DNA of 45,206 nucleotides, counting the filler, from Jimgerdemannia flammicorona (Eukaryota), in NCBI GenBank assembly GCA_003990765.1. It is 2 parts of 2 records of this genome, joined end to end, with 100 filler letters (N's around TTAATTAATTAA, not from the genome) between each part and the next. Parts side by side here need not be neighbours in the genome. Positions count along the whole stretch, not along the records: positions 1 to 22,557 come from RBNJ01001250.1; positions 22,658 to 45,206 come from RBNJ01001251.1. One strand, 5' to 3'. The notes beneath the pieces are model-generated. The model was not told the origin of the DNA, ran no database searches, and saw nothing but the letters and a program-made list of their open reading frames with translations. The translations under genes and the position numbers were made by a program. Below are positions 11,592 through 22,670 of this stretch, piece after piece (position 1 is the first letter of the stretch; each line of letters begins with the position of its first letter).

Positions 11592-12453
11592 ATGGTAGGT
11601 CGCCTCCCTTGTGTTCTCTTCGCTTCATATCTCCACCATTCTGATACGAAGCCTCGATGTCGGACCTTTTCGCTATCATCAAAGATCCAATACATCATCG
11701 TATTCAACCGCCAGGGCAAGGTTCGGCTGAACCGGTGGTTCAACGCACAGTCCGACAAGCAGAAGGCGACGACGACTCGCGAAGCCGTGACGATGATACT
11801 GACGCGGAAGAAGACTATGGCGACCATTCTCGAGTATCACCAGTACAAACTGATCTTTCGACGGTGAGCTGGAGAGGAAGGGAGGGAAGGGGGTGAATAA
11901 TTGTTGTAAATGCGAGGTGGGAAGTTGATCACAAGTTGTGCGGAATGCTCGATAATGCTCGATGTGCGATTTCAGTTCTCTCGCTTCATGACCGCCCCTC
12001 CTTTGAACCTCCCATACCAATACCCATACACCACTGCCTAGCTATGCCTCGCTGTACTTTGCCATGGCGGTCGATTGGACAGACAACGAGCTGAACGTAC
12101 TTGAGATCATTCACCGGTATGTGCAGGCACTGGATGACTACTTTGGCACGGTGTGCGAGTTGGACGTGATCTACAATTTCGATAAGGCCTACTGGATCCT
12201 TGACGAGATGATCATCGGGGGGGAGCTGCAGGAGACGAGCAGGAAGGCGATAATAAGTGAGTAGGACAGGGAGAGGGAGTTTGTTGGAGATATGGTGAAT
12301 GAGGGATGGCTAATTGTGATGTGAGGGTTGTGCACGCTCTAAGAATTCGACTATTCACGGTTCCCACTCCGGCTAGAACACTGCCGCAACTTCGAGGAGG
12401 CGAGCAAAGCCGATATGGCGTCGCATGCCCTCAAGGAAATAATTACATATTAG
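11592..12453 (+). CDS. APS1: AP-1 clathrin adaptor sigma (small) subunit (exons 11592-11594, 11685-11863, 12042-12256, 12377-12453)
   Basis: [58 protein letters not shown]...GGELQETS. All introns are GT..AG and in frame. Confidence 0.9.
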
Positions 12454-12484
12454 CGACATCGAGAATCCACCTGCTTTAATAATA

Positions 12485-12950
12485 CAGTCGGACCTCCATA
12501 AGTGCAAGCCCTAGGAACCAGCCTTTATCTTGCACTTATGGAGGGTGTGCACTTGAAATAGCCGTTACACATGTTCTGGGCATGACAATTAACTGTCTCC
12601 GTGATAAGCCCCAACTGCATAAATCATACAATTATAAGCTGTACAAGCCGTACAAGCTGCGCAAGCACAAGCTGCTATAAGTTGCATAGGCCGTGCAAGC
12701 CACATATGACACGAGCTGTAACTATATAAGTCGTATATACCGCATAAGTCAAGCAAGCCATAATCAATAATAACTGCCTATCAACAATTCAAAAATTGTA
12801 ACTAGGTTTCTAAGTATGATTTTGCAGAATACTAGTTATGTGTCTTGCACTTATAGAGGGAATTCTCATATAGAGGAACCTGGAAAAAGCTTGCACTTGC
12901 AGTTATAGAGGGTTTGCACTTAGTATATACTAGGTCCCGAGCTTGCACTG
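12485..12950. mobile_element. MITE-like relic with a Tc1/pogo-style terminus
   Basis: TA|CAGTCGGACCTCCATAAGTGCAAG at 12483. The inverted core CTTGCACTTATRGAGG recurs at ~12529 and ~12844, with variants to ~12950. No complete right TIR is visible. Confidence 0.5.
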
Positions 12951-13064
12951 GTACGACCAAGCTGAGCACGGTCCCGATTTGATTCGTGGGTTGTCAATTA
13001 GTGTGCCTGTCCAAGCATAAAAGCGAAGCTGTGCCCAACACACGCCTGTCAGCTACCAGCCGAC

Positions 13065-15902
13065 ATGCCAACCCACAAACCCCCCTCATCATGGCAACGT
13101 TGGGGCGCAATCCTAGCGTCCCGCCGCTGGAACCCGAAATACCACGCTCTAAACACTTCGTCGTCCCAACTCCCCATTGCCAACAATCCCCCACATCGAA
13201 GGATGTCGCTCCGCTATTGCTATTGTAGTCTTCTTCTCCTCGCCATCTTGTCAACTGTTTACCCTATTTACAGTAGGGTCACGCAGTACCTGCACAACCA
13301 CTACGAGTTGCAGCCTGAGGACGAGTGGATCATTACCATCTTCCCGGAGGTCGAGGCACAGATGCGCGCTGAATGGGCCGCCGCCGGCCGGACCTGGCCG
13401 AAACACAACGAGAAACCGGACACTGGGCCGATATACCAGCTTTGGAACCCGTTGGACCAGTACGCATGCCGGTCGCACGCCCCCCCGCTCTCCCTGCTGC
13501 GCACGCTCATGTACGAGAACCTCCCTGACGCAGACGCAGACCGGCGCGAGCGGCACCTCGCCAACTCTGACATGCGAGACCCCAGCCATGGCGCATACGT
13601 GCTGCTGCACGACGACTTCACGCGCAATGCTCAAGCGGAGCTGAACCCCGGACAGCGGTTCTGCGTCAGGGTCGTGGTCCCGCCGCCCCGCGACCCTGCA
13701 ATCCTGAACGATCCGGCAAGGAGCGCCTATGTACCACACCCGGGATCACTGTGGGACAGTATCATGATGCATGCCGAGAGCAGAACCGTCAACTTGTCCG
13801 TATCGCTGACGCTGAGGCAGTGGGACGGACATCGTAGGGTCTGGGAGAAGATCGCAGGAGAGACGGCCGAGGCGGGCACGGTGCCGGTACCGCATGAATT
13901 GGTATCGAGAAATGCAACACACGTGTATGAAGTTGATATGAAGTTGATAGATCCGGGGAGGTACCAGATTGTGACGAGGCTCGAGTATGTGGATGGAAGG
14001 TGGAACTTCGAGAACGCGCCGATCGTCGCGTACATTCCTGATTTGCTCCCAACGCCACATGGATTTTCCATTACCGTCGCCCCCGGTCCCATATCCTCGG
14101 AAGCTCTCCGAAAACTACCAGAAGAACCCGAAACCCAAGACGAAATCGAAACCGAAGACGACGAAGGACTCTCCGTCACCTCCGCCCCCGCCTCTCTCGG
14201 CACTAGCGTCACCTCCATCCCCGCCTCTCTCGGCGCTAGCGTCACCTCCGCCCCCTCCTCTCTCGGCGCTAGCGTCACCTCCGTCCCCTCCTCTCTCGGC
14301 GCTAACGTCACCTCCGCCCCTGCCTCTCTCGGCGCTAGCGTCCCCGCCGACGTTCAATCTTACCTCAACCACTTCAACCTCCCGCTCTGCACACGGGCGG
14401 ACCACCCGGGCCGTTGGCTGAAGTTACACGACTTCCCTCAGCACATCCGCGACGAGGCCGACCCTGCAGGTCTGATGTCAGATGGCAGCTTCTGGGCGCC
14501 CTACTCGTGCCAGTTACGAAGATATTCGTACGCCGAGTTCACGCGTTGCATCTCACGGCGATACCCTCTCATGCACTGGTTCGGCGATTCCAACATGCGG
14601 CGCGCCCTCAAGAAGTTCATCACGGGCGGGGAATGGTGCTCGTCTACCGACCAGAAGCAGAGAAACGAGGGAGGGCTGAGGGCGTGTGAGTGCGAAGATT
14701 ATATGGAGGAGGGATGGAACGAGACGCTGCTTAATGCGGGTCTGAGAATGAATGTGGTGGAGTTGACGAATGAGGCGCAGGCGGACAAGGAACTGGATGA
14801 TGTGGGGGGGACACCGTGGGATAAAGAGGGACTGGATGAGGAGGGGAAGGTCAGGTCGATGAAATCGGAGATTTGGTACTACAAATGGGAAGGGCTGACC
14901 GCGTTGGGTGGTCCGCCGTGGGATGGGTTGTTCGAGGAATTCCCGAACGCGACCGTTTTGCTGCAACAAGTGAACGGGCTGAAGCTGAACAGGGCATGGA
15001 TGGAGAGGTGGGGTGTCACGCCTGAGGAGATCGGGTTGGAAGAAGTGGACGGGGAGGTGGCGATGACGAAGAGGGACGTTGACGATGCAGCTTCCAGCAA
15101 TAGCGAGGAAGGGACAAATACGAAGAGAAGCGTAGGTGATGGCACAGAGGCCCCCGCCAAACGCTGGATGGCTTCCAACAACGGTATTGCGACCTCAACC
15201 ACTCCTTTGCACCTCGATCCTTTCACTAACGAGACCATCATGTTTTCCCACCCGCGAGATGGCGAGGAAGGAACAAAGACAAAGAGGGACGTGGATGATG
15301 GCATGCAAGAAAATCTATTAAAGGTACCCAATGCCCTCACCAAACGTTGGATGGCCCTCAACAATCGCACCACGACCTCTACCGCTCCCCCGCACTCCGG
15401 CCCCTTCAGCAACGAGCCCATGTTCCCGCACCTGTCGCTGCACAAGCGCTGGTATTTGACACTGGCACCGCCTCAGCTTTTAATCGTATCGCTGGGGAAC
15501 TGGGACGCGGCGTGGATGCCGTTCGAGGACTTTGTTCGGGAATTGGAGCGGCTGGTGGCGTACCTAAGGCAGCGATACGTGGCCTACGGCGTGCCGATCT
15601 TGTACCGGTCTGCGCAATACTTCTGCTGCCACATCGACGAATCAGAACACCATCGCAAGTTTTCCACTAGCAGGGTTCAGGCGTACGATCGCGTCGCAAA
15701 AGAGGTGCTGGCCAGGAGGGTTGGTGCCAAAGGGTGGGATGTGTATGCATTGGGTGAGCAGAGGGCATGGGTGGATAAGCTAGCGAGTGTTGGGTGTTCG
15801 AGTAATCATGCCCCGCCGGATTTGGTCGAGGCCGAGAATCAGGTCCTGATGAATGGATTGTGTAATGTCGGATGGTTTGACGAGTTCGAGTCGGATGGGT
15901 GA
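13065..15902 (+). CDS. PC-esterase/SGNH-like (NXPE/TBL-type) membrane-anchored putative glycan O-acyl esterase/transferase, 945 aa
   Basis: Intronless ORF with a hydrophobic anchor near aa 50-68, Ig-like segment (YEV....DPGRYQI..RLEY), LPLC....PGRW, WAPYSC, MHWFGDSNMRR (GDS at ~14583), LLIVSLGNWD, GWDVY and terminal SNH. The true start may be the Met near aa 47. Confidence 0.75.
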   Translation: MPTHKPPSSWQRWGAILASRRWNPKYHALNTSSSQLPIANNPPHRRMSLRYCYCSLLLLAILSTVYPIYSRVTQYLHNHYELQPEDEWIITIFPEVEAQMRAEWAAAGRTWPKHNEKPDTGPIYQLWNPLDQYACRSHAPPLSLLRTLMYENLPDADADRRERHLANSDMRDPSHGAYVLLHDDFTRNAQAELNPGQRFCVRVVVPPPRDPAILNDPARSAYVPHPGSLWDSIMMHAESRTVNLSVSLTLRQWDGHRRVWEKIAGETAEAGTVPVPHELVSRNATHVYEVDMKLIDPGRYQIVTRLEYVDGRWNFENAPIVAYIPDLLPTPHGFSITVAPGPISSEALRKLPEEPETQDEIETEDDEGLSVTSAPASLGTSVTSIPASLGASVTSAPSSLGASVTSVPSSLGANVTSAPASLGASVPADVQSYLNHFNLPLCTRADHPGRWLKLHDFPQHIRDEADPAGLMSDGSFWAPYSCQLRRYSYAEFTRCISRRYPLMHWFGDSNMRRALKKFITGGEWCSSTDQKQRNEGGLRACECEDYMEEGWNETLLNAGLRMNVVELTNEAQADKELDDVGGTPWDKEGLDEEGKVRSMKSEIWYYKWEGLTALGGPPWDGLFEEFPNATVLLQQVNGLKLNRAWMERWGVTPEEIGLEEVDGEVAMTKRDVDDAASSNSEEGTNTKRSVGDGTEAPAKRWMASNNGIATSTTPLHLDPFTNETIMFSHPRDGEEGTKTKRDVDDGMQENLLKVPNALTKRWMALNNRTTTSTAPPHSGPFSNEPMFPHLSLHKRWYLTLAPPQLLIVSLGNWDAAWMPFEDFVRELERLVAYLRQRYVAYGVPILYRSAQYFCCHIDESEHHRKFSTSRVQAYDRVAKEVLARRVGAKGWDVYALGEQRAWVDKLASVGCSSNHAPPDLVEAENQVLMNGLCNVGWFDEFESDG
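14172..14336 (+). repeat. Coding 33-bp tandem repeat x5 (SVTSAPSSLGA-like)
   Basis: Units start at 14172, 14205, 14238, 14271 and 14304. Confidence 0.95.
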
Positions 15903-16296
15903 TAAGTGAGGTAGGGTGGAATAATAGATATGGTATAGTCCCTTGTACTATTGATTTATTTATCTGGACAATTGTTTCTACAATTGCACTTCGAGTTTCC
16001 GTAATCCAATCCATCTTAGGGTCACCTTTTTTTTCTCTCGCCCCATATTTATTTATTGTAATTTGAACAGCCGTTTGGCCTGATTTTGAGAGGCCAATGT
16101 GCCATCGAGCCATCGTTCATCTTCGGGAGGATGTCTTTTACTCGATGCAGCATAACGGCCTGGTTGTTGGGGCCGCTTGTGACTGGGAATGTGATCCAGC
16201 CAATCATCCGGATAACTAACCCTAAAGGGAAACCCACTATCGATCACGGCAATCGTTTTCCCCTTCGTCCACGTCCCATTCACTCGTTCAGTAACC

Positions 16297-17228
16297 ATGT
16301 CGCAAGCGTCCGGGTCCGTTGCCTCTCGTATCGTCCAGCAGATTGGGTCTAAGGAGTTCAGGGGTTATTTTATGAGGTTCGTTTTGGCGAATTGGAACCT
16401 GTGGTGGGCTGGAGAGTAGGCGCTTGGGAGCGGGATCACTGGTATGGTTGCGATTGTGAACTGATCCCGGTTTGTTTGCCCATGAATATATAGCACCGTA
16501 AGTATTCATATCTGTGTAGTAGTGCTAGAGCCTTCTCAAGGGCCCCGAACGTTAGTCACCCAGCCTCGTCTAATTACCGCACTCTTGTAACAACCACCAA
16601 TCCGCTTTCATGCTACCAGCACTTCTGGGGTCCAGGTTGGTATATCTTTTTGTGTGAGATACACCAGAACGATGAGACGACGATCACTTCTTAATCAACC
16701 CACACCCACTTTTCATCCAGTCGTCAACTGGGGCATCCCCCTCGCTGCCATCGCGGACCTGAAGAAGGACCCCGAGTACATCTCCGGCAACATGACCTTT
16801 GGTACGTGCTTCTTACCTTCGTCTCACGTGCACTTGTTTAATTTAGCTGATATTCCCGCCTCTCGTTTCCCAATTCCCTGGTTCGGTGACCCTCTTAGCC
16901 CTCTGTGTCTACTCTGCTCTCTTCATGCGCTTCGCCCTCGCGGTCCAGCCCAAAAACTACCTACTGTTTGCGTGCCACGTCACGAACGAAGGCGCGCAGC
17001 TGACGCAAGGGTACCGATGGGTTAACCATTACTAGTGAGTATACGGCGCTATAAGGCTATAGTGCATACTCTCTCGAGTACAGCCATTGATTAGGGTCCC
17101 TAGAACTATGGCGACGCGTCTTTGTTCTCCCTAAGCTTATCATCTCCTTTCCCAAACATAGTCTCGGCGGAAAGGAGGAGGCTCAGGAGAAGAAGGAGGC
17201 TCAGGAGGTGTCATTGAAGATTGAGTAA
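16297..17228 (+). CDS. MPC1: Mitochondrial pyruvate carrier 1 (exons 16297-16376, 16494-16497, 16620-16635, 16721-16801, 16899-17034, 17162-17228)
   Basis: Spliced product MSQ...[82 protein letters not shown]... All introns are GT..AG. Confidence 0.93.
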
Positions 17229-18176
17229 AGGATATACCATTAATAATAATAAAAAAAAAGGGGGGGGGGGAGACACTCGTCCTTCATCACGGTATCGCTG
17301 AGACATGGGTCACACAATGTTATTCTCGCCAAACGAGAATCGCAACTGCGTATGCACATGTATACTGTGGATAAAGACAAAATTATTGCCCTCAATGACG
17401 CTGTTTGTTTCTTTTCGGGCTTGGTCTTTGGATAGTTAGGGCTCAGAATATTATCCTACTCGTACGGGATTCCGATATACATGCATAGTATAGGGAGGCG
17501 AAGATGTGAATTAGAAAAGGGAAAAATTGGAGATTCAACACCGGAGGGACCTGACCAAAGATTACGATCTATCGCCCACTTTTCCATCAGATGACACAAC
17601 TATCCAATCAACCAGAACAACGGTTTCACACTCCATTCTTTCCAGCTACTTGCCTTTGCCTAAGAAACTTATCAGTTAGGATGGGATCCCTAAAACCGGT
17701 TGCGAGGACCGAACAAAATTATAAAGACTTGCGTACCTTTCTCTTGATCCTATTTCTCTACTCTCATATTCCGCGAGCCAAGGTCCCATTTCTACCATCC
17801 ACTATTTCTTTCTTTGCTTCCCCATTTTTTTTCTGACGTCATTTCTGTGAAAACGAGAAAGTTCGCCAGACTCACTGCTACTACCCACAGCTTACTTCTA
17901 GCTCTCACCACAGCGTACCGCACCACTTAGCGCACCTCGAGGGGGTTTGCAACACGCATGGACGAGGTAAAACTCGTGTCTGACGACGGGAATATAAGTA
18001 AACGAGGGAAAGTGAAGATAGAGTTGGTGCGGCAATCCGGTACATGAAAGTTATATTTCGAGATTGTGTCCGGTGGGTGGGTCAATTGTTTACTGCGCCA
18101 TCCAAACCAAATTCCATAAAAATTTGGCTCGCATCTTTTTTTCTTCTCATTCTCGCAACAGACATTCGCAACAGCC

Positions 18177-20216
18177 ATGCGCACCTGTTACTACGAACTA
18201 CTGGGTATCGAACGTTCGGCCTCTGCCGACGATATCAAGAAGGCCTACCGGAAGCAGGCCCTGATTTGGCACCCGGATAAGAACTACGACCGTACCGAGG
18301 AGGCCACCCAGCAGTTCGCTCTGATACAGTCGGCATACGAGGTGCTATCCAACCCGCAGGAAAGGGCCTGGTATGTATGCGTGGGAGATTTCGAGTCGGG
18401 CGTCTGATTTGGAGGTATCGAGAGGATAGGTTGATTTTTTCGTCTGGCAGGTACGATGGACACCGGGACGCTATCCTGAGGGGCAATGACAACTTTGAGG
18501 GGGCGGATAGTACGGCTGGGACTACTGTCGATGATTTGATGAAGTATTTTAATGCCTCTCAATATCAAGCATATGGGGACAATGACAAGGTGCGAGATTC
18601 TCTCATTTTAACTCCTGTCGAGAGCCCCAAAACCCAGGCGTCTCAAAACCACAATCTCCTTTCTTCTACCCCTCTAACAGGGTTTCTACACCATCTACCG
18701 CAACCTCTTCGCGGCGCTCGACCTCGAGGAAACCGAATCCGCCGCCAACGATCCCTCGGATGACGCTGAGTCGTACACGTCCTACCCATCGTTCGGTACG
18801 TCGCGCACGCCATTCGCCGACGCCGACGACTATCTCGGCTACGGGGCATACGCGCGCGATTTTTACAGTGCGTGGACGAACTTCTCGTCGGTTAAATCGT
18901 TCGCGTGGAAGGACAAATGGAGACTTTCAGAGGCTCCGAATAGGGACGTCAGAAGGATAATGGAAAGGGAGAATAAGAAGGCTAGGGACGTGGCGAAGAG
19001 GGAGTATAATGAAACTGTGAGGGTATGTATTGACGCATATATATATATGCGTGTGTTTGTGTGTGTGTGTGTTTCTGGTAGAAAGGTGGTGTGCGTCCTC
19101 GTAATGTTTATCCCATGAGGTTCTCGATGTAAACCCCGATTCTCCATCTCAAACCAGAACCTCGCTGAATTCATCCGCAGACGCGACCCTCGCTACAAAT
19201 CCTACGTCGAATCCCGCAATCTAAAAAAGGCCGCGGCGGCCGAGACCAGGGCGCGGATGCAGCGAGAGCGAGTAGCACTGCAGGCGCAGGCGCAGGTATA
19301 CGAGGAACCGGAGTGGGCGCGGGTGGCGGTGCCCGTGGATTATTTGTACGACGATGATGAGAACGGCGAGAATGACGAGAAGGTGGACGACGAGTTTTAC
19401 TGTGTGGCGTGTAACAAATCGTTCAAGAGTAGCCAACAGTGGGAGAACCACGAGAAGAGCAAGAAGCACGTAAAGGTGGTGGCTGAGTTGAGGGAGAGAA
19501 TGTTGGAGGAGGAAGGGGTAGAACAAGAGGAGGAGGAGGAGGAGGAGGAGGAGGAGGAGGAGGAGGAGGAGGAAGAGGAGGAAGAGGCGGAAGAGGAAAA
19601 GAGTAGGACCGGGAACGGGGAGGAGTTGGATGAGGAAGCATCCCCGATCATGAGAGCAGATGGGAAGGAAATAATGGTAGATGAAGAGGGTGATGCATTC
19701 GCGGCGTCGGGAGAGGAGGACGTGAAGGAGGAAGACCAGGGGACGTACACGCCCACAACAACGGCATCAAAAAAGAAGGATAAGAAAGCGAAGAAGAAGG
19801 CGCCGCGGTGGGGGTTCGCGGAAGAAGAGGAGGACGCGGGGCTGGCGGAACTGGTGGATCGGGCGGCGAGGATAGGCACGACGACGCCATCCAACGGTAC
19901 AGGGAGGGATAAGAAAGAGAAGAAGAACAAGAAATCGAAGGCGAGGACATTCACATTGGACGACGAGCCGGAGGAGGGGGAGGCGTTGAGTGTTCCAGGT
20001 ACGAAGACGGATATTGTGAAGAAAGCAGAGGAAAATGATGTAAATAAGGCGGAGGAGGATGAGCAAGATAATAAAGACGAGGAGGAGGGCCCCGGAGCGA
20101 AAAAGGAGTCGGCAAAGGCAAAGCGGGAGAAGCGGAAGGAGAAGAAGAAGGAAGAGGAAGCCGCCGTGGCCGCGACACTCAAGGTTGGTTCATGCTTCTT
20201 CAATCTCTTGGTTTCG

Positions 20217-20247
<31 letters not shown>

Positions 20248-20439
20248 AATTTTCACTGACATTTTCTTATTGACTCATGCATGACCTGTTTCCTACCTGA
20301 GCAGTTCAAATGTAATGTCTGCCACACCGACTACACGACACGGAATCAGCTCTTCTCTCATATCAAAGCTACCAGGCATGCGCTGGTGGTACCGGAAGTT
20401 GCTGGCGGCATGCGGTCGACAGGGAAGAAACGGCGGTGA
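18177..20439 (+). CDS. JJJ1: DnaJ/Hsp40 with C2H2 zinc fingers, JJJ1/DNAJC21 type (exons 18177-18370, 18451-18589, 18681-19022, 19158-20183, 20305-20439)
   Basis: J-domain with WHPDKN and ERAWYD, zuotin-like middle (FY..W.NF...KSF.W.D.W....AP.R..RR.ME.EN.K.R), zinc fingers [23 protein letters not shown] and FKCNVCH...TRNQLFSHI...RH. A short upstream exon is possible (cag precedes ccATG). Confidence 0.9.
19527..19586 (+). repeat. (GAG)n coding microsatellite, poly-Glu
   Basis: Run of GAG/GAA codons directly after the first zinc finger. Confidence 0.95.
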
Positions 20440-20949
20440 GATTGCGTGAAAGTTGACGGAATGCCTGATGGTGCGTTTGTCACACGCGTTTGTGTGGGAA
20501 GGTGCTTGCTCTGCGCTATGCTGTATCTCTCACATGTAAAAAACCTCAATTTATACGAACCTTTTTTGAACCACTTATGAATGCGATTTTAAATTGGGAA
20601 ATGTTGGCTTTTGTCATGACGATCCAGGATCAACACTGATTTTTGTGATCGTGACGGAGATTCGTCGTCGAAAATAGACGCGTAAATGAACTGCACTTGT
20701 TGATAAATAAATTACTATGCCGCCATATATACGCTGGAACGCGAAAGGAGATAATGATTAGACCCTGGAGCTCTAAATGCGCGCTACCACTTACATTTGT
20801 GGTGGGCATGTCTGGTATATTAATCGGTGACATCGGTAGGTGTGGGGTGCCACGATTCATTTCCCACCTCTCACCTGCTGAATTTGTGGAATAATTAGAT
20901 CCTGGCACCAAACTTTATCACGTGTCCTTGCAACCATGTCCACTTCCTT

Positions 20950-22557
20950 ATTTTCACTCTTTAAAGATTTTTATTTATATAAATATATTTAAAAGTTATT
21001 TATTATAACTACTTATTAAGATTAACTTTCTCTTTTTATATTATTAAGTATATATCTATTACTCTAATATTATAATATATTACTTTATTATTTTTAACTA
21101 TTAGTAAACTTATTTATAAAAATATAGGTTTTATTTATTATATAAATAATATTTAGTAATATAAATTAAATAATAAAAAAGAAATAAATATTAAAAGTAA
21201 GTATAATATAGAAATAATACTTACTTATGTTTAAATTTATATATTATAATATAAATTAAAGAATTTTTTTTATAGCTAGAGTTCTATATTATACTTAATA
21301 ATAATAATAATAATAATAAAGTAATAAGAATATTTTTATAATAATAAAAAAAAAAAAAAAAAAAAAGTATATAAAATAAAAGAGTAGCTTTATTATTATA
21401 TATTTATATTTCAGTATTATAAGATTCTATTAAGCTGATAAATTTAATAATTATTACTAATAATTTTATATATTTAAATCTGTAATTATTAATTAGCTTA
21501 TTAATAAAATTTAAATCTTATATAATTATATTATATATTGTTCTAGAATAAATAATATAATATCTATATTAGAATTTATAATTTTTTTATCTAAAATATA
21601 TGATTATATAAATATAAATAAGATTATTTATAAGTTTATAAGAAAGTAAGATTTATATTAAATTAGTTAACTCTTTTTTATAAAAAATATTATAAATATT
21701 ATTGATATTTCTATTAAGTTCTATCTTATATTAAGAATAGTAATTAAATTTATCTAAACTATAATATATAAATAGTATTCTAAAATAAAATAAATTAAAT
21801 TGAGAATTTTAATATTTAAATTTAATTTATTGAGAGCATTAATAATAATATTTATAAATATATATTATTTATAGTTATAGAATAAGTATATTAATATTTA
21901 TATCTGATTGTTTTTTATATAAAATTTAAATAATAAATAATAAATAATAAATCTATTATAAATATATTATTTATTAAATATATTTATTTATAATTATATA
22001 TAATTATATATAATTATATTTATTTTTAAGTTTAGATTTTTAATTTCTTATAACTAATAAGTATTAATTTTATTAAATAATTTAGTATTTTATTATAATT
22101 AAAACTTAAATTAATAAAAAGTAACTTAGTAAAAAAAACTTAATAAAGTTATAATAAATAAGAGAAGAATTCAGTAAATAGAAACTTAGTAAAGAGAAAC
22201 TCAGTATAAATTTATATAATTTAAATTTAATTAGAGAGCTAATATAATATTTAACCTATATTAAAAATATAATAATTTTGAGATTATTTAAAAGTTTATA
22301 ATTATAACTTTTCAATATATTTAATATTTTTATTAAGCTATTATATTTTAAAGAATTTAGATTAATAGTAAATTTATTTAAACTAAAATAATAAAATCTA
22401 TTATTAATTTGAGTTATTTTTAAAATATTGAGCTTGTTAGAATATTAGTTCTTAAATTAAGTTTATAGAATACTAATCTTTATAAACTCAGAGAATTACT
22501 TATAGTAAAAAAAATTATAGTAAATTTAGTTTAATAAAAAGAGACTTAATAAAAAAA
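20950..22557. repeat. Extremely AT-rich decayed repeat DNA
   Basis: Abrupt switch to almost pure A/T with no CpG seen. Includes tagtattctaaaataaaataaattaaatt at 21773, which resembles element ends elsewhere in the window. Confidence 0.7.
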
Positions 22558-22657
22558 NNNNNNNNNNNNNNNNNNNNNNNNNNNNNNNNNNNNNNNNNNN
22601 NTTAATTAATTAANNNNNNNNNNNNNNNNNNNNNNNNNNNNNNNNNNNNNNNNNNNN
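22558..22657. other. Assembly gap with an artificial six-frame stop linker
   Basis: 100-bp block of Ns with TTAATTAATTAA at 22602-22613. Confidence 0.95.
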
Positions 22658-22670
22658 AAAAAAAAAAACT

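Noticed and set aside
19397..20203. Long antisense ORFs over JJJ1 (and similar ones over GT10, PC-esterase, MVD1 and FolC)
   Set aside because: These are shadow ORFs expected from GC-rich or low-complexity coding sequence.
20950..22557. AT-rich block as a mitochondrial insertion or centromere
   Set aside because: No mitochondrial gene, tRNA or rRNA motif was seen. It shares an end motif with other decayed repeats.
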